From: Camelus ferus
Taxonomy: Eukaryota
DNA length: 64,000 bases
Assembly: GCF_009834535.1 (NCBI RefSeq)
Contig: NC_045697.1
Location: 102,054,001-102,118,000 of the forward strand
Direction: 5' to 3'
Positions 36,891-49,322 of the stretch are shown here, piece by piece. Every line of letters starts with the position of its first letter. The first letter of the stretch is position 1. The notes below the pieces were generated by a model. That model worked only from the letters and a program-made list of their open reading frames with translations. It had not been told where the DNA came from and ran no database searches. The position numbers were made by a program, and so were the translations under genes.

Positions 36891-38924
36891 TCATTTGTTT
36901 ACTCATTCATTCATAAAAGTGCAGACACAAGAGTATCACTATCTAAGGCCAATTCTACAGCATGGTAAGCGTCTGTCACAGCCTTTTTGTACAATCCATT
37001 TCCCGCTGATCAAGTCATCTGATTATTTCCTCCATTGTTTCTTCAAAGACTCAGAGCAAACCTTGGTGGCACACACATAGCATAATACCTTGTTTTCCAA
37101 ATTCTAATTTTGTCATTATATTTATATGTATCGCTATATATCTATATATATATCTACATACGTGTGTGTGTACACACACAGACACTATCTAAAAACAGGC
37201 ACATTGAATTGAATTCTGTACCTTCACTGTTGGAGACAATCAATGATAGCAGGGAGGCTATACTTTGTTCTGCCAGCTGATCTCATTTTTGGGCAGTTAT
37301 TGGGAAAAAAGCTTTTCCTGCTATCTTTGTTTAATTGGAGTTTTCCTGAAATTGCAAGGGGAGCTATTAAAAAAATTGTTACCATTTACATCTGTGTATC
37401 TGTTGGAATCAGATTTCCTTCCAAGCAGAATAAAGAAACAAACAGGATCCTAAACTGATGAAACATCTAAAATTTGTACTGGTAAGTAAGAGAAATTGTC
37501 ACAGTTGCCGTGAAGTTCAGTGCCTCTGGTTTTGACAGTGGAGTCCAAATCGGAGGTCCTGGGAAGAGTCCTGGGCTTGTGGTGGGAAGATCTGGACTCT
37601 GCTTATAAGTTCTGTTCCTTTAGAGAAGGGCCACAGCTCATGGCCTGCTTCTGAGTCTCTGTACCACTGAGGGCAATATGTAGTTAATAATGCCTGCCTG
37701 CCCACGATAAGGTCTGAATAAAGCCATCTATGTGAGAGCTATTTGTAATACGTGAATTCCTCTATCATGTAAATAACAGCCAGACCTGGAGCCCTGTTTT
37801 CTGCATCCTGTCCCATGTTCCCTACTCCGCACCTACCTCTGTCCTCTTGTGCTGCCCTCTGTCCTCTGACTTGACCCGGCTGTTGGGAGTTTCTCTGTTT
37901 CTCATGGTGCTCTTGGCTTCCCTCAAGTAACTGACTTCTCCCTTACAGTCTGCCCCCATCCTCACCCCTCTCCTCAACAGGTAAAATCTGTGGTGGGTTT
38001 TTAATGTTGAGCTCTGCATTTTTGGAATAAGATGTGTTGTATTCCTGAAATGAGACATAAAGGGCTCTGAAAGGCTGTCTTTACCATATGCCTTCTTACT
38101 CTTATAGATAACAAAAGATCCAGTTTACATGCCAGCATTTGAACATTGGATTATATAAGGAGAATTTACTTGCCTCTGAGTTACCCATGTCTGGCAGTGA
38201 AATTTTACATAGCTCCAGGAAGCCTGCGGGCAACAGTCCAATCCTTTCTGATTTTTAAAATTCAGAAACAGTTTTTTAAAAACATAAACTCAAAATTTTC
38301 AAGTCTTCAGGGGAGCTAAAATGTTTTAGTTCATCCAAAGGTAATGATTATGTTAATAATTAAGAAAGTAATGACTGTGCTAATAATTAAGAAGGTAATG
38401 TGGTCTTTGCCTCAGTTTTTCTATTTGAAAAAGCAGAAATGGGTTCAAATGTTCACTCTATGTTGGGAGGAGACTTGTACTTACTACTTAAAAAGAACAA
38501 AAACTAAGTTTTCCAGAATTGGAAGCAAGTAAGAGAAATTATATATTTAGTGTCTGCCGAAGGAGAAATTGTATCAGAATTGTCTCCTCAGTGTGTTATA
38601 GGAAAATAATTTAAATCTTTGGGAAGACATAGAAAGAGCATATTTCACCATGAGATGAAAAGTGAGAATACAGAAGTTTCATATGGATGTTTAAATTGTT
38701 ACAAGGTGAAGATGTCAAGCATATAGCACATCAGGCAGAACACCACTCAATATTTTAGGAATTCTGTGACTTCATGGTCTAAGCCCCTGGAAATCTACTT
38801 GTGGTAATTAAGATTCTGGAATCTGAGACTCAAAAAGTCTCAAGTTCAAAGACAGAGGTAACTTGTGGAAGGAAAGATAATTTATGTGATGGATTTAATC
38901 TGACCAACAAACTATGTTCCTGTT

Positions 38925-39655
38925 TTCCCCTTCAGCTTTGTTGAAATGTAATTGACAAATAAATTAAAATGGTAATGTATTTAAAGTGTACAAAGTGATG
39001 ATTTGATATATGAATACACTGTGCAAAGTTTTCTAGCATCGAGTTAACATACCCATTGCCTCATGCTTTTTTTCTTTTTCTTGGTGAGAACATTTAAGTT
39101 TCACTCTCTTAACAAATTTCAATTACATAATACAGTATTATCAACTATAGTCACCATGTTACACACTAGATCTTCAAACCTTACTCATCTTACACCTGAA
39201 AGTTTGTACCCTTTTACCAGCCTCTCTATATTTCACCCCCACCCCCAAGCCCCTGGCAGCCACCGTTCTACTCTGTTTGTAGATTTGACTTTTTTCTTTC
39301 TTTTCTTTTTAGATTCCACATATAAGTCATAATATTCAATATTTGTCTGTCTTATTTCACTTAGCATAATGCCCTTCAAGTTATTCTATGTCATCACAAA
39401 TGGCAGGACATCCTTCTTTTTTTAAAGGCTGAAAAATATGTCATTATATATATTTTTATATATTATATCATTTATATATATATATATATATAACATTTTC
39501 TTCTTCATTCATTCATCTGTTGATGGACACTTACATTGTTTCTATACCTTGGCTATTGAGAATAATGCTGCAGTGAATATGGGCGTACAGATATCTCTTC
39601 AGGATAATGATTTTGTTTTCTTTGGATGTATACCCAGAGGTGGGACTCCTGGAAC
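38925..39655 (-). mobile_element. L1 (L1MA-like) 3' region with internal (TA)n
   Basis: TAGATTCCACATATAAGT, ATTTCACTTAGCATAATG, CATTCATCTGTTGATGGACAC motifs. Confidence 0.8.
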
Positions 39656-40189
39656 AAACTATGCGTCCTAATAGCAATGTGAGCAATACTTTTCTCTCTG
39701 TACAGTAGAATCTCAATACTAAAATTGAACTTAGTATGAAGTGATTCTGTTTTGGACTTCATTCCAAGGATTAAACGTATTCTAAGATACAAGGAGGAAT
39801 TGTAGAAAGAGTTTGTGTGGTATTTTGGTAGTTTGTAGAGTTAATTGCTCATTTAAAATGAAATATTTGTGGAGGAGGGGAGAAAGCAAGTGTTATATTT
39901 TAGGAGCAGATATATTCTTATTTTGTTTGATTTTCTTTTGAAACAGCATTTCAGAGCATTGACTCCTATAGTAGGGAATCTTTCCTCCCTCTGCATGTAA
40001 GTGGGGAGAGCCCTTTGCAGGCTGCCCAGTATGTCATCCTCCAAGAACCGGAGAGACAGTTTTGGCATCACTTCTGGGACCACTTCTGGGACCATTCCAT
40101 CCTAAAGGTTTCTACTGTGAGATTCCTGGTCGTTTCCTCATCTTGACCTATCACACCTGTATAAGCTTCTCCTTCCTCTATAAATACCT

Positions 40190-40615
40190 TTTATTACTTA
40201 TTATTATAAAAAATTTCAAACATGCAGAAAAGTGGAGAGAATACTATAATGGACACCCATATCTACAACAACACTTGGATATAACAATAGTTGATGTTCT
40301 GCCATACTTGCTTCTTTTTTTTTTTTTTTTTTTGCTGAAGCATTCCAAAGGAAACCACGTACATCACCACGCTCTGCCTCTGAATACCACAGCCTGCATC
40401 TTCAAAGACAAGGACTCCTTCTTGCACAGCCACACCACTGCCATCACACCAAACAAACCCCCGCCGAGAACCCCATCATATGTACTACTTAGCACACAAT
40501 CCTTATTTACATTTTTATATTTTTTTCCAAAATGTCTTTTACAACTGTTTTCTTCAGAATCCAATCAAGAACTACTCATTGCATTTGGTTCTTATGTCTC
40601 TGAAGTTTCTTATAA
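40190..40615 (-). mobile_element. Old L1 (L1MC/ME-like) 3' UTR fragment
   Basis: TTATAAAAAATTTCAAACATGCAGAAAAGTGGAGAGAATACTATAATG start and CATTGCATTTGGTT motif. Confidence 0.65.
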
Positions 40616-40796
40616 ACCCTGTCCTTGGACCTGAATTCAGAAAGGAAAAACAGAATATCAGAAAGGAAGAAGTGAATTTGTAGCCTTGACAAGTCTTCTA
40701 AGCCAAAGCTAGACCCTGATGGGAAAGTGATGGGACTCAGAGACTTGGGATAGAAACATCAGGGTAGATGTGCTAGAGAACAGTAATCCCTAGACA

Positions 40797-41078
40797 GGGG
40801 TGTGGAAATGGATATTGAGGAAGCTGGACCAGGGCGTGGAGGCAGAAGGTAAGGCTGGATAAGGATGAATTTATTGATATATGTCATCCTCCAATGACTT
40901 AGATTATGACGCTCTGGCAAGGGCTCCTGGAACCATTCTTACACTGCTAGTATGGCTCCTAAGTTTGGAAGAAACAACAGCCCACATTAAAAGAGGTGAA
41001 GATGCCACAGTTGCCTTGGCACAGTGTTGAGGAAGGACTCAGAGGCTCAGAGAAATGGGAATATTTGAATGGATCTAT
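40797..41078 (+). mobile_element. ERV-L (class III) gag fragment, degraded
   Basis: Frameshifted translation VWKWILRKLDQG / RLDKDEFIDI / WKKQQPTLKEVKMPQLPWHSVEEG / QRLREMGIFEWIY matches the recalled ERV-L gag motif series WEWILRV.D.G...LD..EFID...WPT..E.EMP.LPW..VEEGIQRLRE.GMLEWI. Confidence 0.8.
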
Positions 41079-42224
41079 TCTATAAAATCTCCTCTGAGAA
41101 TCTCCAGATGGTGATATTCTTCTACATACCTCAAACTCAGTCTAGCCATGTTGAAGCCATCATACCTGATCTTCTCCTTGGAAGATGGGATATCTGCTTC
41201 CTTCATTATATTCCTTTCATTACATTCTTTCCTAGGAATCTAAGCCAGACACCCAGGGCTTAATGTCAAAGTCCTCTTTCTTAATACTTATCACTAATTC
41301 TCACCATGTTTCATACTCTACATACTCAGTATATTTCCTATTTCTTTCTCTCTGGAATCACCTTAATGCAATCCACCATGATTTCTCAATTAGACAGTTG
41401 AAGAAATTTCTGGGTAGTCTTCCCGTCTCCGGTCTCAGACTGTCCAGCTTAGCCACCATATGCTAACTACTTATGCAATTATTCTTTAAGAGCATCCCAA
41501 ATTTACAAAGGAAGAAAACAAAGATCTTCAGTCTATGCATGCCGTTTTCATAATCCGAATGTGACCTCTCGACTGTCTCTTCTACTGTAATGCATCCCAT
41601 TTACTCTTTGGTCCAGACAAACTGAACTTCTTGCTATTATCTGACCGTGTCTCTGTCCCTTCACACATTCTTTCTCTCTTAGTGAGCTATCTTCATCCTC
41701 TGAAGCTTAGCTAAAGCCTTTTTCTCATCTGTGAATTCATCTCACCTCTTTGCCTAATTTAGGAGTTCCTCCTTCTACTTTATTGTTTCATCTTGCACAT
41801 AATTCTATTGTAGCATTTATCACATTGTACAGTCTGCTTACATGCCTGTCTCATACCCTACATTGGGAGTAAGTCTTAAAATTTCTGGGATTATCACAAA
41901 ATCTGGTAACATGAATAGAGTGGCTTCCTGGCTACTGATGTAACTTTAAATTCTGAGGGCAATGAAACCGGTTGGGGATGACTGGAGACACAGAATAGGA
42001 AAGGACACGGGTTTGGGAGAATATGTGGTAAAATGATCATGACATTTTTATACAGATCTCATAAGAAAATTTAAAGCTCTATTAATAAAAACAATTCTTT
42101 GCATCTGCTTTTTTTAATGCCTGTCATTAAAAGGGATGGAGGATGCAAAGCACCTGCGGGGCAACAGGGATGAAAAGATCTAGATTCCAGGAGATAGATA
42201 CAAGTCTACAGGGTTTCAATAGTT

Positions 42225-42652
42225 ACTTTATGCTCACTTGGTAGAAGAGATCACCAAGCTTATTCTCTCCCCCTGGGCCTCTTCCACAGCTTTCCTTGCA
42301 GTCAGGTAAGGCTCTTTGACTCAGTTCTGCCAATCAGATGTGCACGGAAGTGAATGTGCTGTGTCCTGGCTGAGTCACCGACACTTCTGAAACACAATCC
42401 TCCGTGCTCTTTCCACTTCTAGGTGGCAGGAATGGAAATGATCCCCATGGTGACCTTGAAAACCCGATACTGAAGAAGAGAACACAAGATGAAAAGGACT
42501 CTGTGTCCCTGCTGCTGCAGGGAGGAGAGTTATCTGATCAGCCATACCCAGAGGTCAGACTGTTATGTGATCAGGAAATACAGTTTTATCATATAAAGTG
42601 CGGAATATTGAGATCTGTTTGTTATAGCGGTAAGTCCAACCCTAACTTAAAC
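42225..42652 (+). mobile_element. MaLR LTR (MLT1H-like)
   Basis: CTTTCCTTGCAGTCAGG...TTCTGCCAATCAGATGTG...GGAAGTG and terminal TGTTTGTTATAGC...CCTAAC. Confidence 0.6.
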
Positions 42653-43279
42653 AAAAACTATTTCCTTTCTCAGCTATTTGTTCATGAGTTCTGTTCCTCT
42701 GAATTACTTAAAATGTCCAAATAGAATTGAACCACGTCTTCCATCTGTACCCATCTTACTAAGAAAAACAAGAGTTTCATCCACAGCCAAGCTCCATGGA
42801 CACAATGTCTCACCTTATTGCTTTGCCATTCACTATAGTGTGTCCTTGTCTGAATATTTTAGACTAATTCACATCTCTGTACATCCTCCTGACCTTAGGA
42901 AGGCGAAAGAGAGAGTTCAGAGCAAGAAGCATTTTAGTTAAAGAGATGACTCAGAAGTTGCACACAGTAGTTCCTCTCATACCTCATTAATTTGAACCTG
43001 GTTATATGGAAAGAAAAGAGAGAAAAGTAATCTCTAGATGGTAGACCTATTTCCAGCTTCTATTACTAAAAGGAAGAAGAAGAAAATGGATACTAGGGGA
43101 CAAGTAGCTCTTCTGACTAAGTATTTATCTACATACTACTTTTCACTCCTAGAACACCTGCACCCTGTCCCCGAGGGAGAGAATCCAAGTTCCCATCAAG
43201 TTTCCTCAACCGGCTCAGAGTCTAGGAACACTAAGTAGTTTCCCTTTATTATAAATCTGGAACTCTTATCCCAAACCTC

Positions 43280-44835
43280 CCTTGGCTCCCTCACTTCCTT
43301 TCCTCTTGTCTCAGAGGATGAGATGATTGTTCTGCATGCGGTCTAAACCCCCAACTCTCTCTTCTCTGAAAATTTCCTTCCTAAACCATCACTTCTACCT
43401 TATATCTCCTGTTATCAGTGATGCCCCATCAATACTGTTCTCTCCTTCCTACCAGCAAAGATTCTACCGCCTCTTTTATGTTGAAAGTGTGTATCAATCC
43501 TGCATCTTTTCTGAGCTAAGCTCCATCAGTAGCCTTCTGCCACCACTACAAATTTTTAAAAAGAATTCATGTATTTCACTTCTCTCTGATTCCTCCATCC
43601 ACTGAAATCTTAGCCTCCATTCTGCCTCTGAAAACTCTTTAGCGCCACATTGACAATTTTAGTGACTTTGACAGTCTCGATCTGTGAATTATTTGACACT
43701 GTGACTCATTCTGGAAATGCTTCTTTATCTTCTAGGACATCACTTTCTAACCTCTTCTCCTCTTGCCCTTTGACCAACCAATATGAATTCTTAAAAAAAT
43801 TTTTTAATTGAAGTGTAGTTGATTTAGAATGTTGGCTTCAGGTGTACAGCACCGCCGAGTCCTTTCTCAGTTCCATATTGATTTGCATGCCACTAAAAGT
43901 TGGTGTCTTCTGTGTCTGTTCTTGGTATTCTTTTCTTCTCACACTACATCTTTTCTCTCACCTACTTTATCCTTTTCCATAGCTGCAGTTCTCAGCTCTG
44001 TGCTAATGAGTCCCAAATCTATATTTACACTCTAACCCCCTTTCCTGAGCCCAATTCATCTAAACTGCATTATAGACACCTCCTCTTAGAATTTCCACAA
44101 GCACGTCAAACATCATGCTCCCCCTTTTGTGTTCTTTCTTTCTCAGTAAATGGTGCCATCATCCACTGTCTCAACCAGGCAGAAAGTCTGGATTCATCAA
44201 TAAGTCCTCTTCCCTTTTCTTCATTTCCATATACCAGTCAGTCATCAACTCGTATGGACCCAGTCCTCCAGATATCTCTTAATTCTTTAAACTTGGCCAT
44301 TCATTTTCATCCTGTAACTACCACCCTAGTTTGGGCCACCACCATAGCTCACATAAATACTGCTGCAGCTAACTGTCCTCCTCTCCTGGGGTCTTGCTCC
44401 CATCCAGTCCATTCTTCATGCTGTGGCTGGACTATTTGATTAAATCAAACACAATTCCTCAGGATACCACTTCTCTACTCAGATATTTTCAGTGCTTTCT
44501 CATCTTCTTCAAGATAAAGTGAAAATTCTTCAACACGTCATTTGGAGGCTTCCCTGACTTGGATCCAGTGCCATTTCCAGACTCGTCTCTGCCCATCCTT
44601 CCAGTCACACTTGGTCATCAGCCATGTTAATTTTTTTTTGTCATTTAATGAGATCTTGGTTTTCTTGCCTTCAGGCCTTTCCATACACCATGCCTATTGT
44701 CTGAAGAGTTCCCCCTCCTCTTCTCTCCTAGTAGATGCTTACTCATTCTTCAGATTTCAGCTTAAATATAAATTCTTTGGGATTTTTGCCTGAACTGCAG
44801 ATGAGAGTCACCCCCACTGCTCTATGCTCCTGTAA
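43280..44835 (+). mobile_element. L2 LINE remnant (~1.5 kb)
   Basis: Colinear L2 motifs (TTTGACACTGTGAC, GCTAATGAGTCCCAAATCTA, TCAGTAAATGGTGCCATCATCCAC, TACTCATTCTTCAGATTTCAGCTTAAA). Confidence 0.75.
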
Positions 44836-44839
44836 CCCC

Positions 44840-45285
44840 TGTCCTAGTGTCCTGGGGCTGCCATGACAGCACACCACAAACTTGGTGACTTAAAACAACA
44901 GACATTTATTTTCTCACAGTTCTGGAAGCTAGAAAGTCAAAACCAAGGTGTCAGCAGGGCTCTCTCTGGGTGGAATCCTTCCTTGCCTCATCCTGTCTTC
45001 TGGAAGTGGCCAGCATCACTGGCGTTCCTTGGCTTTTGCTGCATCACTCCGACCTCTGCCTCTGTCATCAGGTGGCCTTCTCTCTGTGTCTCTGCATCTC
45101 TGTGTTTAGATAGTGTTTTCCTTTTCTTACAAGGATGCCAATCATACTGGATTAGCACTCACCTTAATGACTACAACGAATTTGATTTTATCTGGAAAGA
45201 CTATTTCCAAATAAGGTGGCATTCATAGGTACTGGGGGTTAGAAGTTCAATATATCTTTTGGGGGGGATAGTTCAAGCCACAAGA
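44840..45285 (-). mobile_element. MaLR LTR (MLT1C-like)
   Basis: GGCTGCCATGACA...CACAAACTTGGTGACTTAAAACAACAGACATTTATTTTCTCACAGTTCTGGA...TATTTCCAAATAAGGT. Confidence 0.85.
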
Positions 45286-46495
45286 CCCCCCATAATTTCC
45301 TTTTCACAATACTCGTCCCTCTGTATTGTAATTATTCAATGTTCACCTTCCCAGGTAGGCCCTTCTTCCCTTTCTCATTGGCTCCCCATTATTTGAGATA
45401 ATAAGAGCACTTCTGGGAAGAATGACTGTGAGCTAAGAGGCAAAGTTGTGGGCTGAAGACTGGAGAAGCAGCTCAACCAAGAAATCGATGCTGGAAATTT
45501 CCAAGCTAAAATAAACATAAATAAAATAAACAAGGATTCCATCACAAGCTGGGGTTAGACACAGAGTGGGCAGAGAGGTGGGGGAGGTATGGAGCAGGGT
45601 CAGCTCCAGCACAAACTTTACAAAAGCAGAATTACTTTTTGCAGTTTGTAGCCTCTCTTTTGCATGAGGTTTGCCAGCCTCCTGGGCAGGGGACTGAGCC
45701 CTAAAGTTTTGGATTTTTTTTCTCTCAAGCTGCTGAAATATTTTTCTCTGTCCTCACACGTCTCTTAGTCTAAAGGGTGTGATTATGTCCACACAACCTG
45801 GGCTCCTCAGAACAAATTTTACGATTCACAGGGAAGAGAACAGAACACAGAGAACACACACAGTATTTATGGATGTATTATTATGTTTCTCTAGCTTTTA
45901 TTTATTGCCTATTCCTGGAAAGAAAAGCTTGTATGTATGATTCAGCGGCTGATTATTTATGCCCTTGACTCCCCACTTCCCAGCTCATATATCCTTTAGT
46001 TTTCGATTCAGTACCTGAAACAAATCACAATAAAAGTCTCATAGTACGTGATGTGAAAATCTTTCAACCTAGCAATTTTAAAAACACTTTTATTAAGGTG
46101 CTGGTAGAAATTGATGCTATTGACTAAAATCAGTTAAAATATTTTGGGTACTTTATGCATCATTTCTTTTACTTTCACATTAGAATTAGTCAAAACAAGA
46201 GTCATGGTAAGAGTTCAGCTGTTTATTGGTTGTCATAGACTCTGTGATTTACTGTGGGACACAGGGAATTGGGGAACTAATTGTGGAAGGGAGAGATAGG
46301 AGTATAAGTAAATAAATAAAACACAATTTGAGGAAAAATTTTGAAATCTACTGGTTTAGTTAATTAGGATTACTGGCTTAATGTTCTCTGAGATAATTCT
46401 CATTCATACATGCATGCTTACATATATATATATACATGATTAAATTTAAATTATTAATAATTTATTCAAAAAGTGCTATTAGAGTAGGCTTAGAG

Positions 46496-46721
46496 CAGTG
46501 GTTCTCAAGCAGGGACGATTTTCCTCCAATGGGACATTTGGCAGTGCCTGGAGACATTTCTGGTTATCACATGGGTGGGGATGAGGGGATGGGAGGGGAT
46601 GCTACTGGCATTTAGTGTAAAAGCCCAGAGTGCTGCTGAACATCCCACAATGCACAGGACAGCTCCCACACCAAAGATTACTGACTTGAAATGTCAACAG
46701 TGCTGAGATTGAGAAACCCTG
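46496..46721 (+). mobile_element. MER20 (hAT-Charlie) DNA transposon, full length
   Basis: TIRs CAGTGGTTCTCAA / TTGAGAAACCCTG; 8-bp TSD GCTTAGAG/GTTTAGAG. Confidence 0.9.
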
Positions 46722-47749
46722 GTTTAGAGGATGAACACTTAGCTGATATAAAAAGGAATTTTCTATTTACCTTTCTTGGCCCCCCACCCCTTTTTTCCTT
46801 TTATTTCTACCACTCTCCATAATCCCATGACTAAAATTCTTAAATATTAATTCACAAAATTGAAAAGCAGAATGGGAGAGAAGGTGAATTCTGTTCTCCT
46901 TGAGGCTGGATCATTTTCTGGTAGGAAATGAGGCAGCATATGCACTCTTCCCAAAATGGTTCTTTCAACCACGAGGGAGCCCCAGGACCCTGACTGAATC
47001 AGTGTGATGGAGACGACACTTACCAGGCACTGCTGTTCTATCTGTAAGCTTTTGTGGAACATGAGAGTACTCGTGGGTGTCATTTAGGAAAGAACTATTT
47101 CTGGTATTTATTCAGAAGCCAGAGGAATCTACAATGATGGAAAAAGTGTCCCCCCCCCCAAGAGCTTAAAAGAAAATAACCTCCCCAAAACGAAGTTGTG
47201 AGGTTTGGTTTCCTGACAGCCAAGATGTCATTACATAATGTGACACCTCTGATATTTGTGGAACAGAAGAATCTATACCCAACTTTAAAGACAATACAAA
47301 TCTGAGAATAGATGTTATGGTGATTGTTTTTAGTGTTTCCAAATTAATTCCTATATTTAGATTTTGAGTAAAGCATTATAATGAGTATCTCTCTTGTAAT
47401 GATAGATTGCACCACGCACAAATCAGACTGAGAACATGACTAATAATGACCTTCAAAGAATGGACCCTGGTAATGTAAGGGTGATTGTTCTTAACCTCCT
47501 CATGGCTCAGTTCTTCACCTTACTCATCCCTCATCTTATCAGAGAGACTATCTGTCTACTCCACCTGAAAAAGCAATTCCTAGGCTGACCCTATCACTCT
47601 CCGTTCCCCACTTTATTTTATTATATAACATTTACCATCACTGGACAAAATGTGTATTTACTTGCTTATCCATTTGTTGGCTTTCCCAGCCGTTTCATCC
47701 CCACTATGATGGAAGCTATACTGTAGCAGAGCTTTTGATTTTTAATGTT

Positions 47750-48000
47750 GTATTTAACAAGCACTTACATAGTACCTACTATTTGCCAGGGATTGTTCCA
47801 AGGACTCTGTAAATATGAACTCATTTAAACCTTATAACAATTCTAAGATGTCTATTCTATTTTTATTCCCATTTTTTTGATGAGGAAACTGAGGTGTAGA
47901 GAACTTAACGTGCCCCAGGTTACACAGCTAGTTAATGGCAGAGCCAGTACTGGAATCAGACGTTCTCAATTCAAAGTCTGTGCTCTTAACCCTTATGCTT
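47750..48000 (-). mobile_element. MIR SINE nested in an L2 3' end
   Basis: GATGAGGAAACTGAGG...CCCAGGTTACACAGCTAGTTAATGGCAGAGC core; L2 terminus at about 48010-48070. Confidence 0.8.
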
Positions 48001-48535
48001 ACACGTGCAACTCCCAGAACAAGATCTGACTCAGATCAGGCTTCAATATATATTTGTTGGTTGAATGAAATAGTCCTGCAAACACACATGAAAGTAATCA
48101 AGCAGTATTTTGCCGAGTTATTTAGACCAAGAATTAAATTTCTGAACACTCAAGTATGTAAATCACAATTACACTATTCAACATAAAGATATAAATTCAA
48201 TGATTCATTTTGTGTATAAAAGGCAATGGTTTTAAAATTTGTCATTAGCAAGGGGATTCCACTCAATAGGAAAACATTTAGATCTTTGGGAAATAGTAGT
48301 CATTCAGGTTGAATCAAGAAGTAATAACCCACTTTCTCATCAACATTTGTTAATTCAACAAAGATTCATTGAGTCCTTACCCTGTGGTTCTATGTATTTG
48401 AGATATACCAGTGGGAAATGAGAAGACAAAAAATAATGCCAGCTAAGTCAAAGATCCCTGCTCACACGGTAATGACAATTTAGCAGTAAGCACCGCTTTA
48501 TCATTCTTCAGTGTTAAGACTAGTGTTTGTTTTTA

Positions 48536-48719
48536 TTTTATTTCAATCCAAGTTTAACTTTATAGTTGGCTTTTTTTTTTTTTTTTTTTTTTTTTGGTGG
48601 TGAGTGGGGAGGTAATTAGGTTTATTTATTTTATTTTTAGAGGAGGTACCGGGGATCGAACCTAGGATCTTGTGCATGCTAAGCATGCGCTCTACCACTT
48701 GAACCATACTCTCCTTCCT
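48536..48719 (-). mobile_element. tRNA-derived SINE (Vic-1-like, long-tail form) with extra 3' sequence
   Basis: Box A/B head, long A-tail, perfect 15-bp TSD TAGTGTTTGTTTTTA at 48521-48535 and 48720-48734. Confidence 0.9.
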
Positions 48720-49114
48720 TAGTGTTTGTTTTTAAATACCACTGGACAGTCAGATCTTCCCAGATCTGACTTTTTCATCATAAACTGCAAAACTCAACAG
48801 TAACCCTGAGAACACATAATAATTGACTCTAGCTCCCTACTGGAAGGAAAAACGTATGGACAAAGAATAAATATATTATATGAAAATAATGTATATGTGG
48901 GAACTCAACTTTACCCATCTGTCATTATTCTCATAAAAGAAACAAACATAACCTACAGGGAGGAGCGTAGTGACTGATGGGTGACTACTGTCCTGCCCGG
49001 ACCCCTAAGAGGACCTCGGGTTCTGCCTGGAGGCATGAAGAAAGGTTTTAAAGCATCTGCAGACATTTGCCTGGAGGGGAGAGAAAGCTCACTTCGAGAA
49101 AAAAGAACAGTTTA

Positions 49115-49322
49115 TGTAATAGGGAAGAACAAATCTGTCTCCATATTAGATCTGTCCCTTTAGCGCTTACCCTGTGCACAGTTTCCTGTGCTTAGTCATG
49201 CTGGTTCTGCACCTTTTGTAATAAGAGTGTTGCCTATATCCTGAAATATACGGGACAGCCCTTTTTCAAGGCTCTGACCTTTAAGGGTATAACACTTTTC
49301 CATTCAGAGATAAAAAGTTGCA
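49115..49322 (+). mobile_element. Truncated LTR (first ~208 nt), same family, opposite orientation
   Basis: TGTAATAGGGAAGAACAAATCT...GATAAAAAGTTGCA is the reverse complement of about 56488-56697. Confidence 0.85.

Noticed and set aside
40364..40564. ORF containing FGVMA, like the glycophorin A transmembrane motif
   Set aside because: Lies inside an old L1 3' UTR fragment; coincidental match.
48748..48771. 10-bp hairpin followed by a T-run, terminator-like
   Set aside because: Intrinsic terminators are not relevant in mammalian DNA and a 10-bp inverted repeat is near chance expectation in 64 kb.
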